Assembly: GCA_045533495.1 (NCBI GenBank)
Contig: JAZSHW010000132.1
Coordinates: forward strand, 1,453-65,452
Reading direction: 5' to 3'
Length of the DNA: 64,000 bases
From: Ruminiclostridium sp.
GTDB lineage: Bacteria > Bacillota > Clostridia > Oscillospirales > Ruminococcaceae
The translations under genes and the position numbers were made by a program. Positions 35,878 to 45,306 of this stretch are shown here, in pieces (position 1 is the first letter of the stretch; each line of letters starts with the position of its first letter). The notes beneath the pieces were generated by a model. That model saw only the letters and a program-made list of their open reading frames with translations. It did no database searches and had not been told where the DNA came from.

Positions 35878-38487
35878 TTATCCCAGCATATCCTTTAATT
35901 CTTCAAGCTTTGCATAAGCCTCTCTCGGAGTCATATCGTCAAGGTCAAGGGATTTTATCTCGTTTATGACATTCTGTCTGCCGATGGCTTCAAAATCTAT
36001 CTGAGTTTCTTCCTCTTCCTTTGCCCTCAGCTCCAGCTCTCTCTGGATTTTCGGTGCTTTTTCCATTCCTGACAGAAGCTCCTTTGCTCTGTCAATCACC
36101 TTCTGGGGCAGTCCTGCAAGCTTTGCTACCTGAATACCGTAGCTTTCATCTGTACCACCCTCAACTATCTTGTGAAGGAATTTTATATCATCACCGTTAC
36201 GCTTTACCTTTACGCTGAAGTTGCGGACACCGCTCTGCTCATTTTCAAGGGAGATAAGCTCGTGATAATGAGTTGCAAACAGGGTCTTGCAACCGATGGC
36301 CTTTGAATTTATATGCTCTGCTACCGCCTTTGCGATAGAGATACCGTCAAAGGTGGATGTACCTCTGCCGATTTCGTCTAATATTACAAGGCTCTTTGAA
36401 GTAGCTTCATTCAGTATTTCTGCCACCTCAGTCATTTCTACCATAAAGGTGGATTGTCCTGCACTGAGATCGTCACTTGCACCTACTCGGGTGAATATCT
36501 TATCCACAACGCCAAGCTTAGCATAAGATGCAGGCACAAAGCAGCCTATCTGTGCCATAAGCACTATTACCGCCACCTGTCGCATAAAGGTGGATTTACC
36601 TGACATATTAGGGCCTGTTATTATCATCAGCCTGTTCTGTTTTAAATCAAGGTAAACATCATTCGGGGTAAACAGTACATCGTTTACCATTTTTTCAACT
36701 ACAGGGTGTCTGCCGTCCTTTATGTCGATTATGCTGTCCTGTGCCATAAAGGGTCTTGTGTAGTTGTTTTCTATTGATGTATCGGCAAAGCTGCAAAGCA
36801 CATCGAGTGCCGCTACCGATTCTGCGGTCTGCTGTATCTCATCAAGGTGGGCTGTGATAAATTCTCTGATCTCGGAGAAAATCTCCGCTTCAAGAGCGAG
36901 TATCTTATCATTTGCACCGAGTATTTCTGTTTCTATCTTTTTAAGCTCGTCTGTGATATAACGTTCGCCGTTGGTTAGAGTCTGGCGTCTTACATATCTG
37001 TCAGGCACGAGGGAAATATTTCCCTTTGATACCTCGATATAATAGCCGAATACTCTGTTATAGCCCACACGGAGATTTTTTATACCCGTAAGCTCTTTTT
37101 CCTTCTGCTCAATTTCAGCAAGCAGTTCTTTACCGCCGCCTGTTATATTACGGAGTCTGTCAAGCTCCTCGTTAAAGCCGTCAGCAATATAGCCGCCATC
37201 CTTTGTGAGTGCGGGGGGATTTTCCGTTATCGCACGAAGGACTAAATCTGCTATATCCTGAAGGGGACTTATCTTCTTATTCAAACTGTTTGTGAGCTGT
37301 GTGCTTATTTGCTCTAAGTCGATTTTAAGCTGAGGCAATGCCGCACAGGTCACACCAAGGGCATATACATCCTTGGGGTTTGCACTCTTATAGACAATTC
37401 TTGTCATAAGTCGTTCAAGGTCGTATATTCTGTCAAGGTCTGATTTCAGATCATAAAGCACCGCAGAATTATTTATAAGTGCCTCTACCGCATCGTGTCT
37501 GCGGATAATTCCTGCGGTATCTGTAAGAGGCTGTTCTATTGTCTGTCGGAGTTTTCTTCTGCCCATTGAGGTAGAAGTCTTATCCAGCACCCATAAAAGA
37601 GAACCCTTCTTCTCACCGTTTCTCATAGTTTCGGTAAGCTCTAAGTTTCTTCTTGCGGTAAGCCCAAGCTCCATATACTCTCTACCTGAGTGTACGCTGA
37701 GCTTTACAAAGCGTTTTGCACCGCTTCTCTGGGCACGATAAAGATAACGCAGTAAGGCACATAATGCCCTGAAAGCGTTTTCTTTTCCTGAAAGCCCGAT
37801 ATCATCGGCATTTTTACCGCCGAACTGGGTAGTGATCTCACTTGTATCGCTATCGGAAAATTCTTCATCCGATAAAAGCTCTGCTGAGCATTTTGCAAAT
37901 CTTGTCTTTATAAATTTATGTACCTGAGGAAGTTCTAAAAAATCCGCATTGAACAAAAGCTCAACAGGTGTATATCTTGAAAATTCGCTTATAATTTCGT
38001 CATCTGACTTTTTGCCCTTTGTTATTTCAAAGGCGTGTACTTCACCCGTGGAGATATCCGCAAAAACAAGGCCATAGCCTGTCTTTCCTGCAAAAATACA
38101 GGAGATGTAATTATTCACACCCTCTTCAAGCATAGAGGCCTCGATAACAGTGCCTGCACTGACAAGACGGACAATGTCTCTTTCAACAAGTCCCTTTGAT
38201 GATGCAGGGTCGGTGGTCTGCTCACAGATAGCCACCTTAAAGCCCTTATCAATAAGCTTTTTGATATAACCCTCGCAGGAATGATGAGGCACGCCGCACA
38301 TAGGAGTACCTGCCCTTGCCGTAAGAGTAAGCTCCAGTTCCTTTGACGCCACAAGAGCATCCTCATTGAACATCTCGTAGAAATCTCCGAGACGATAAAA
38401 GAGGATGTAATCCTTGTAATTTTTCTTGATGTCAACATACTGCTGCATCATAGGGGTAAGCTTTTCTCCCTTTTTTTCTTCTGACAA
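35878..38487 (-). CDS. mutS: DNA mismatch repair protein MutS
   Basis: 869 aa, TPMMQQY N-terminus, Walker A GPNMSGKST. TTG start. Confidence 0.96.
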   Translation of the reverse strand: MSEEKKGEKLTPMMQQYVDIKKNYKDYILFYRLGDFYEMFNEDALVASKELELTLTARAGTPMCGVPHHSCEGYIKKLIDKGFKVAICEQTTDPASSKGLVERDIVRLVSAGTVIEASMLEEGVNNYISCIFAGKTGYGLVFADISTGEVHAFEITKGKKSDDEIISEFSRYTPVELLFNADFLELPQVHKFIKTRFAKCSAELLSDEEFSDSDTSEITTQFGGKNADDIGLSGKENAFRALCALLRYLYRAQRSGAKRFVKLSVHSGREYMELGLTARRNLELTETMRNGEKKGSLLWVLDKTSTSMGRRKLRQTIEQPLTDTAGIIRRHDAVEALINNSAVLYDLKSDLDRIYDLERLMTRIVYKSANPKDVYALGVTCAALPQLKIDLEQISTQLTNSLNKKISPLQDIADLVLRAITENPPALTKDGGYIADGFNEELDRLRNITGGGKELLAEIEQKEKELTGIKNLRVGYNRVFGYYIEVSKGNISLVPDRYVRRQTLTNGERYITDELKKIETEILGANDKILALEAEIFSEIREFITAHLDEIQQTAESVAALDVLCSFADTSIENNYTRPFMAQDSIIDIKDGRHPVVEKMVNDVLFTPNDVYLDLKQNRLMIITGPNMSGKSTFMRQVAVIVLMAQIGCFVPASYAKLGVVDKIFTRVGASDDLSAGQSTFMVEMTEVAEILNEATSKSLVILDEIGRGTSTFDGISIAKAVAEHINSKAIGCKTLFATHYHELISLENEQSGVRNFSVKVKRNGDDIKFLHKIVEGGTDESYGIQVAKLAGLPQKVIDRAKELLSGMEKAPKIQRELELRAKEEEETQIDFEAIGRQNVINEIKSLDLDDMTPREAYAKLEELKDMLG

Positions 38488-38516
38488 GTTATCTCATTCC
38501 TTTCGGGTAAATCTGT

Positions 38517-38547
38517 GTTATTAGTTATTAGTTATTAGTTATTAGTT
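38517..38547. repeat. Heptanucleotide tandem repeat (gttatta x about 4.4) upstream of mutS
   Basis: gttattagttattagttattagttattagtt, located 30-60 nt upstream of the mutS start. Confidence 0.9.
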
Positions 38548-38579
38548 TAAATTTTAAAGCCCAAGGCTTTAAAATTTAA
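38547..38579 (-). terminator. AT-rich palindrome at the end of the ylbF-like gene (weak terminator candidate)
   Basis: 13-bp arms aaattttaaagcc / ggctttaaaattt. Overlaps the stop codon. No clean U-run. Confidence 0.3.
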
Positions 38580-38983
38580 TGACAACCTCCGCAGGTTGCA
38601 CATGAACCTGAGCAAGCACTGATTTCGCAGGTATCGGGATCTTCACCGTCACAGCACATACCAATGATCATATTGATATCGCCTACAAGCTTATCCATAC
38701 CCTGCTTTGCCATTGTGAAATCAGCCATGTGTTCGTTCTGCATAATAAGAGTGTAGAGCTTCTGCATTTCCTTGTTAGCTTCTTCGATCTTTGCTTCGTC
38801 CTTTTCTTCGGCACTCTTGCTCATTTCAAGACCTAACTGCTGTCTCTTTAAGTTGAATTCGCCGATGAGCTTCTGAAGCTCTTCATCGTTGTCGTTGGCA
38901 AGCTTTGCTTCGTTGTATGCGATATAACGCTCGTCTGCCTGAATTGCCTTACCAAGTTCTCTTGCTGCTTTAATTGCGTCCAT
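38576..38983 (-). CDS. YlbF/YmcA-family protein with Cys-rich C-terminal tail
   Basis: 135 aa, helical YlbF-like body (ERYIAYNEAK...LQKLIGEFN). Tail is CCDGEDPDTCEISACSGSCATCGGCH. Confidence 0.7.
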   Translation of the reverse strand: MDAIKAARELGKAIQADERYIAYNEAKLANDNDEELQKLIGEFNLKRQQLGLEMSKSAEEKDEAKIEEANKEMQKLYTLIMQNEHMADFTMAKQGMDKLVGDINMIIGMCCDGEDPDTCEISACSGSCATCGGCH

Positions 38984-39030
38984 TTTTCTGTTCTCCTTTA
39001 AATTGAATTTGATTTGAATAATTTATATAA

Positions 39031-40440
39031 TCAATCGGTTTCTCCGACCAATTCTCCTACAATCGCCCAGGGACATGACTTTGTAATCTTAACATTTACA
39101 TACTGCCCTATCATATCCTTTGTACCGTTGAAATCAACGATGACTCCATGTCTTGAATGACCTGTCATAAGCCCGTCGGCAGTTCTGCCGATACCCTCGC
39201 ACAGCACTCTTACTGTCTGTCCTATAAAACGTTCATAGGCTTTTTCGCCTATGGCGTTCTGTACTTCGAGCAGTTCTCTGAACCAGATACCCTTTTCTTC
39301 GTCAGAAATGGGATCGGGCATTTCTGCCGCCTTTGTTCCCTCTCTCTTACTGTAGATAAAAGTGAAGGCACTGTCGTATTTTACAGTTTTCATAAGCTCT
39401 AAGGTTTCTTTGAAGTCCTCGTAGGTCTCACCCGGGAAGCCTACTATGATATCGGTAGTAAGTGCCACATCGGGTATACGCTTTTTAGCATATTCTACAA
39501 GCTTTAAATAATGCTCTTTATTATAATGCCTGTTCATTTCCTTTAATATTCTGTCACTGCCTGACTGTACAGGTAAATGCAGATGATAAGAAATGTGCTT
39601 GCTGTCAGCTATTGTGTCTATAAGCTCCTCTGTACAGTCTTTAGGATGAGAGGTCATAAAGCTTATCTTGAAATCTCCCTCTATACCGTCAAGCCTTCTT
39701 AAAAGCTCGGAAAAGCTGACGCCGTATTCCTTTCCGTAGGAATTGACATTCTGCCCTAAAAGAAGTATTTCCTTATAGCCGTCATTTACAAGCCCGCTTA
39801 CTTCATTAAATACATCTTCGGGCTTTCTTGAACGCTCTCTTCCTCTTACATAAGGCACTATGCAATAGGTACAGAAATTGTTACAGCCGTACATTATAGG
39901 CACGCTTGCCTTTACCTTGCTTTCACGAAGGACGGGGAGTCCCTCTGCTATAACTCCGTCACAGTCGGGAATAGAAAGAGTTCTCTTTTTATCGGTTAAT
40001 TTTTCGTATATCATCCGGGGGAGCGTATGCATTACGTGAGTGCCGAAAATGATATCCACCTGAGGAAAGGATTTTCTCATCTTTGCCGCAATATGCTCCT
40101 GCTGTACCATACAGCCGCCTACCGCTATTATAAGATTTCGGTTATTTTCCTTGAGCTTTTTCAAAGCTCCCACATTGCCGAAAACTCTGTCCTCTGCATT
40201 TTCTCTTACCGCACAGGTGTTGAATAAAATAAGATCGGCATTATCTGTTTCTCTTGTAAAGCCATAGCCCATAAGAGCAAGCATTCCCTTTATCTTTTCG
40301 CCGTCGCTGACATTCTGCTGACAGCCAAAGCTGTGAACGTGAGCTAAGGGTATATCAGTGAGCCTGCTGTTTATTTCTTTTATTTTTTCTATATATTCAC
40401 GCTGGAGCATAAGCTCCTTTTCAGAAACCTCTGTTATCAT
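39031..40440 (-). CDS. miaB: tRNA-i6A37 methylthiotransferase (radical SAM, MiaB type)
   Basis: 469 aa with UPF0004 cysteines, CNNFCTYC radical-SAM motif and a TRAM domain. Confidence 0.9.
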   Translation of the reverse strand: MITEVSEKELMLQREYIEKIKEINSRLTDIPLAHVHSFGCQQNVSDGEKIKGMLALMGYGFTRETDNADLILFNTCAVRENAEDRVFGNVGALKKLKENNRNLIIAVGGCMVQQEHIAAKMRKSFPQVDIIFGTHVMHTLPRMIYEKLTDKKRTLSIPDCDGVIAEGLPVLRESKVKASVPIMYGCNNFCTYCIVPYVRGRERSRKPEDVFNEVSGLVNDGYKEILLLGQNVNSYGKEYGVSFSELLRRLDGIEGDFKISFMTSHPKDCTEELIDTIADSKHISYHLHLPVQSGSDRILKEMNRHYNKEHYLKLVEYAKKRIPDVALTTDIIVGFPGETYEDFKETLELMKTVKYDSAFTFIYSKREGTKAAEMPDPISDEEKGIWFRELLEVQNAIGEKAYERFIGQTVRVLCEGIGRTADGLMTGHSRHGVIVDFNGTKDMIGQYVNVKITKSCPWAIVGELVGETD

Positions 40441-40539
40441 TTTCTATCCGCCTTTTAGCTTTTAATTTCTATCTTTCTACATAGTACACCAAATTATATT
40501 GTAGCATATTCTTGTGATTTTATCAAGCGGTTTCTTGAC

Positions 40540-40568
40540 AAAAAAATGTCCCGATTTTCATCGGGACA
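40540..40568 (-). terminator. Intrinsic terminator after the fdtA-like gene
   Basis: Minus-strand stem tgtcccgat / atcgggaca followed by T7. Confidence 0.7.
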
Positions 40569-40594
40569 AGAAAATTTAATATACAATATGACGT

Positions 40595-40990
40595 TCACTT
40601 GGTTGACGCCACAAAATCCTCATAATTTCTGATATAGTCATCCTCGCTGTAATGCTCTGACGCCGCAACAAGCAGTACTGCATCGGGTGAGAAATCGAAG
40701 ATCTTTCTCCATACGCCGTGACCTATATAAAGCCCCTCGGCAGGATTGTCAAGAGTTACCGTTTTGCTTTCCTTACCATCGTCAAGAGTAACCTTCATAC
40801 TACCGTGAATAGCAATATATACCTGCTGAAGATTTTTATGGGAATGGAATCCTCTCTCTATCCCCTCTCCGACTCCGTAGATATAGTAAAGTCTCTTTAT
40901 CTCAAAGGGAATTTCCGCCATAGTTTCTGCTACTACGAGTTGTCCTCTGCTATCACCGTGAAGCTGAAATTTCATCATTTTTGTATCCAT
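40595..40990 (-). CDS. WxcM/FdtA-like cupin, probable dTDP-4-keto-6-deoxyhexose 3,4-ketoisomerase
   Basis: 131 aa (HGDSRGQL...FEIKRLYYIYGV...RGFHSHK). Confidence 0.75.
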   Translation of the reverse strand: MDTKMMKFQLHGDSRGQLVVAETMAEIPFEIKRLYYIYGVGEGIERGFHSHKNLQQVYIAIHGSMKVTLDDGKESKTVTLDNPAEGLYIGHGVWRKIFDFSPDAVLLVAASEHYSEDDYIRNYEDFVASTK

Positions 40991-41019
40991 TTTACTTATT
41001 TCCTTTCCATATACTTAAT

Positions 41020-41937
41020 TTATTTTTTTATAAGCTTTCTTACAAACATTACGGGATGAGTAATGTAGTAGGAAATCTTTATCAATGCGGTTTTAAAGGG
41101 CTTATTCTTATTTTTAAGCAGCTTTACCGAGTATTTGTACTGCTTTATTGAGGTGAGCTTGTACTTTTTAAATTCCTCATATTTTTGTTTTGCCTTTTCC
41201 ACATCATCAACATAAGGATATACTTCGTATTCCTGAACTCTGTCTGCATCCTCTTCAAATGCTTTATTGAGTTTTTTATAAGAGCTTATCCCACCTGTAT
41301 TGTATCTTACGACCACTCTGTCAAAAAAATAAATTTTTTCTCCCATCCTGAGAAGTCTTAAATTCATCGAATGATCCTCTATATACTTTATCTTCTCGTT
41401 AAAATAGCCGTATTTTTCTATACATTCTCTTGAACGTGCCGTACAGCAACCGAATATATAATTGACTGTAGATAAAGACATAAAAAGCTCTTTTGGTGTA
41501 AGACAGGTTATATTCTTTATCTGTTCCTCGGTAGGCTGTATTCCCACAGGCTCATTTTCTGTGTATACCGACATTTTTGCCGTGGAAACCAGTGCTCCTG
41601 TTCTGTCAAAAAAATCGACCCAATCGGATATGACATTGCTGTCGTAGAAAAAATCATCACAGCCAAGATTAAAGATATACCTGCCTGTTGATTCTTTTAT
41701 TGCACGGTTTATCGAAAATACAGTTCCTTTATTTTCCTTGTTTACAAGAATACTGACCTTTTTTATGTTGTCATTCTTATTACGATGTATATATTCAGTT
41801 ACCTCTGTTTCATCAAAATTATCAGAGCCGTCATCTATAAGGATATATTCGATATCGGGATAAGTCTGACACAACACCGAGTCAATCGACCTGAACAAAG
41901 CATCTGAATTATACGACATTGATATAATGCTGATCAT
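41020..41937 (-). CDS. Family 2 glycosyltransferase
   Basis: 305 aa, GT-A N-terminus (ISIISMSYNS...YILIDDGSDN). Confidence 0.85.
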   Translation of the reverse strand: MISIISMSYNSDALFRSIDSVLCQTYPDIEYILIDDGSDNFDETEVTEYIHRNKNDNIKKVSILVNKENKGTVFSINRAIKESTGRYIFNLGCDDFFYDSNVISDWVDFFDRTGALVSTAKMSVYTENEPVGIQPTEEQIKNITCLTPKELFMSLSTVNYIFGCCTARSRECIEKYGYFNEKIKYIEDHSMNLRLLRMGEKIYFFDRVVVRYNTGGISSYKKLNKAFEEDADRVQEYEVYPYVDDVEKAKQKYEEFKKYKLTSIKQYKYSVKLLKNKNKPFKTALIKISYYITHPVMFVRKLIKK

Positions 41938-42130
41938 ATTTCAGTCCTGTCTCACTGCCACAAATTAGCGTAGCAATGTTTGTATTATATATTCAGAAGT
42001 ATATCACAATTCTCCCCGACTTGTCAACAAGGCAGTTTTTTCATTTATTGGTAATTCCGGTTGAAAATAAGCTTTGTTTATGGTATAATTATTTAGGTAC
42101 AGACTTTACTTTTTTACTGGCGGTGAAAAA

Positions 42131-43738
42131 ATGGAACTTTTCTTTGATATAGCTTTTTCCCACGATATAGAAAATTCAGAAAATCTTTTTTTCAGATCTG
42201 AAACCTTCTTTACAGAAAACGATATACTTATAACCGATACAGCAGGAGAAGTGTCCTTTGACACCTTCTTCAATATCATCCCTGTGGACAAGATCATCAG
42301 ATATACCGGTATCAGAAAGCTTTTCTTTGATATTGACGCAATCGGTGAATATTCCTGCTCAGTATGGCAAAACAGCGGAAACGAAAACAGAATGATAAGC
42401 GACAAAAACTCTGTCTGCGTAGATGATTTAAAGGAAAAATCGGGCTTTATCTATCTTAAAGTAACTGCAAAATCAAAGCTCAAAATAAACAGAATATCTG
42501 TTTTATGTGAGAGCGAAGATATAAGGAATGTAGAGCTTTGTGTAGTTATGTGCACCTATAAAAGAGAGGCATTCGCCATCAGAAACGCAAACTATATTGC
42601 ACAAAGCAGACTTTTTGATGTCATTATCGTAGATAACGGAAAAACTCTCTCAAAAAAATTGCTCCCACACGATAACATCTGCCTTATCCCTAACGAAAAC
42701 ACCGGCGGCAGCGGTGGCTTCGGAAAGGGAATGATGACTGTTGCAGAAAAAAGCAAATACACTCATTTCGTTCTTATGGACGATGATGTTGAAATCAGCA
42801 TCAACTCGCTGAAAAAAGCTGCCGGCTTTCTCAGATTTACTAAAAAAGAATATGAAGATATCTGCATAAGTGGTACTATGTTCTTTTTAGATACACCTTG
42901 TATCGTGTATGAATCAGGAGGAAAGTTTAATTCTGATGGCGTGCAGAAGGGCTATAACTTTCTTACCGACACCTCAGCAACAGAAGGGTTGCTTGATATA
43001 GAACAGCCCAAGGATATAAATTACGGCGGCTGGTGGCTTATGTGTATGCCTGTAAAATATGTAAAGGAGGGCAATCTCCCGTTGCCGTTCTTTATAAAAT
43101 ACGACGACGTTGAGTACGCACTACGCTGTAAGCTTCAGGTAATAACTATAAGCGGGTTTTGCGTATGGCACGAAAGATTTGAAAATAAATACAATTCCGC
43201 TGTAGAATATTACAATACAAGAAATTATTTTTATTTACGGCAGATTACAGACAGTTCCTTTTCAAAAAAGCAGGCAAAAAAAATCGCCATGATCCGTGTG
43301 ATTGCAAAATGCTGTCGTCAGCAGTACAATATGGCAAAGGCGGTTATAAAGGGATATAAGGACTATCTTAAAGGTATGGACTATCTTTATCAGCTTGACG
43401 GAGCGAAAAACAATCAGGATATCAGCAGTCTGAACTACAAAATGCTAAACGAAGACGAACTTAAGAAAAACCACAGCATTTCGTATTGCAAGGAAAAGGA
43501 AGAGCAGACCCTTAATGCAAAGGACAGCCTTCTGAAAAAGCTGACGCTTTACGGACACCTGCTACCGCCTTTTTTACGCTCTGACGATTACGCTGTAACC
43601 GATTGCTTTTTAGATAAAAAGGAAATGTATTTCAGAAAGAAAAGAGCACTGCATTATAACAAGTATACTAAAACGGGATACGTTACAAAGGCAAGCTTTA
43701 TAAGCTTTGTAAAATGTCTTTTATTCAAAACAAAATAA
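42131..43738 (+). CDS. GT2-like glycosyltransferase (galactofuranosyltransferase-like) with about 130-aa N-terminal extension
   Basis: 535 aa (CVVMCTYKRE, LMDDDVEI, GGWWLMCMP). Confidence 0.7.
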   Translation: MELFFDIAFSHDIENSENLFFRSETFFTENDILITDTAGEVSFDTFFNIIPVDKIIRYTGIRKLFFDIDAIGEYSCSVWQNSGNENRMISDKNSVCVDDLKEKSGFIYLKVTAKSKLKINRISVLCESEDIRNVELCVVMCTYKREAFAIRNANYIAQSRLFDVIIVDNGKTLSKKLLPHDNICLIPNENTGGSGGFGKGMMTVAEKSKYTHFVLMDDDVEISINSLKKAAGFLRFTKKEYEDICISGTMFFLDTPCIVYESGGKFNSDGVQKGYNFLTDTSATEGLLDIEQPKDINYGGWWLMCMPVKYVKEGNLPLPFFIKYDDVEYALRCKLQVITISGFCVWHERFENKYNSAVEYYNTRNYFYLRQITDSSFSKKQAKKIAMIRVIAKCCRQQYNMAKAVIKGYKDYLKGMDYLYQLDGAKNNQDISSLNYKMLNEDELKKNHSISYCKEKEEQTLNAKDSLLKKLTLYGHLLPPFLRSDDYAVTDCFLDKKEMYFRKKRALHYNKYTKTGYVTKASFISFVKCLLFKTK

Positions 43739-43746
43739 TATAAGAA

Positions 43747-43772
43747 AAGCACCGGTTCAACCAGTGCTTTTT
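43747..43772 (+). terminator. Hairpin plus T-run after the GT2 gene, overlapping the convergent gene end
   Basis: Stem aagcaccgg / ccagtgctt (one mismatch) followed by ttttt. Confidence 0.35.
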
Positions 43773-45214
43773 AATTCTTTTATGTACTTTTCGTTTTCAA
43801 AAGCGGACTTAAAGGGGGCATACACATCTGATGCCTGTAATTCTTTTAGCAGGTCGAATTTTCTGCACATCATAACATAATCACTTATAAAGGCTTTAAC
43901 CCCCTGCAAAACTCTGTCGTTACCGCAAAGCATTTGTGATACAAATTCTGAAACATCACCGATATTGTCAGCTTCTATATAATTTTTATGAGTTGAAGTT
44001 TTACCGAACAAAGACAGGGTATCGGCATCTGCTGTTTCACAAAGAGAAACCTTAAGCAAGGATTTTTCACTGTTTTCTCTCCCGCTATTGTCAGAATTTC
44101 CAAAATATCCTTCGTATATATTTTTTATGATTTCGCATTTTTCGCCGCAGAAAATGACCTCGCTCCTGTTATCTGCTGATAACCTCTCGACGTAGCTTAA
44201 AAATCCGAACATGAGTATGCCAAGATAGTTATAACCCAGTCCGAAATATTTGTCATACTGCAAGATATCTCCATACATTTTTTTATTGACCAGTCCTGCC
44301 CATACACTTTGCACAAACGGCGACATATCTTTCGTGCGGTATATATTCCCCTTGCTATCAGGATTGTCGCATCTGAATGCTTTTATCTGTGCCTTCTCTG
44401 CATTTTTAATATCAGAATATCCGTTGTCTCCGACATGAGCAAAGGTACAGCAGTCTTTTTTCAGCTTTTTAAGGAGCTTATACATTTTGCCATCATATTT
44501 TGATTTCTGTATATCACAGGAGACGATAATCTCTGTATCCGACACATCATAACCGCAGGATCCGAGTAGTTCTCGTATCCTTTCTTCTCCAAGATACATA
44601 TCACTTAAAATCATCGGTTTCTTCCCGTTTTCAAGCAGGATATTCCAGACCTTTTTCATATAAGGGGTGGCAAAGCAGAATTTCTTTTCCGCCTCAAATT
44701 CATTTTGTATAAGTGTTTGTTTATCTATCCCTGAGATCTTTTCAAGCATCTCTGATATTTCCTCAAGGGTAACTTCTGTACTACCGCTAAGTCTTTTCTT
44801 TTCTGTTCTCGCTACGCTTTCAGCTTCTATTCTTTGTTTTCTGAAAGTCTGACGGTCAGTTGCATCGTGAGTAAAATAAAACACATCTGTAGGTCTTGCC
44901 ACATATCTGTATATCAATGTGTCAAAAACATCAAAGGTTATAAGATCAAATTCCATAAGCTCGTGAGCGAATTCCTCAGGAGTCTGCGAAGGGATACAGC
45001 TTTCATTCACAGGAATAACGCCCGGAATATAAGCACCACAGGCACTTCTATCTCTCATAACGTAATAGGAGAAATTGAGTCCCAGAAGATGAGAGAACTT
45101 TCCTACGGCACCCGACTTCTGTCCTTTTTCGCTACCGAGATAATTTTCAAATTTTTGTTTTATCTGAGGTTTTCTGTCGGAAAGGACATTATAAACCTTT
45201 TGCTTTATTCCCAT
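43757..45214 (-). CDS. HAD-superfamily hydrolase-like protein (large, polysaccharide-locus type)
   Basis: 485 aa with motif I FDVFDTLI, ILSDMYL, and motif IV VGDNGYSD. Confidence 0.6.
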   Translation of the reverse strand: MGIKQKVYNVLSDRKPQIKQKFENYLGSEKGQKSGAVGKFSHLLGLNFSYYVMRDRSACGAYIPGVIPVNESCIPSQTPEEFAHELMEFDLITFDVFDTLIYRYVARPTDVFYFTHDATDRQTFRKQRIEAESVARTEKKRLSGSTEVTLEEISEMLEKISGIDKQTLIQNEFEAEKKFCFATPYMKKVWNILLENGKKPMILSDMYLGEERIRELLGSCGYDVSDTEIIVSCDIQKSKYDGKMYKLLKKLKKDCCTFAHVGDNGYSDIKNAEKAQIKAFRCDNPDSKGNIYRTKDMSPFVQSVWAGLVNKKMYGDILQYDKYFGLGYNYLGILMFGFLSYVERLSADNRSEVIFCGEKCEIIKNIYEGYFGNSDNSGRENSEKSLLKVSLCETADADTLSLFGKTSTHKNYIEADNIGDVSEFVSQMLCGNDRVLQGVKAFISDYVMMCRKFDLLKELQASDVYAPFKSAFENEKYIKELKSTG

Positions 45215-45306
45215 TTTTATGCCCCCGATTTTACTTTTTTAATATTATATCATTTATTTTTTAAAAACTCAATACATTCAAAAGCAAAACCGCCAGAGAT
45301 CCATCT

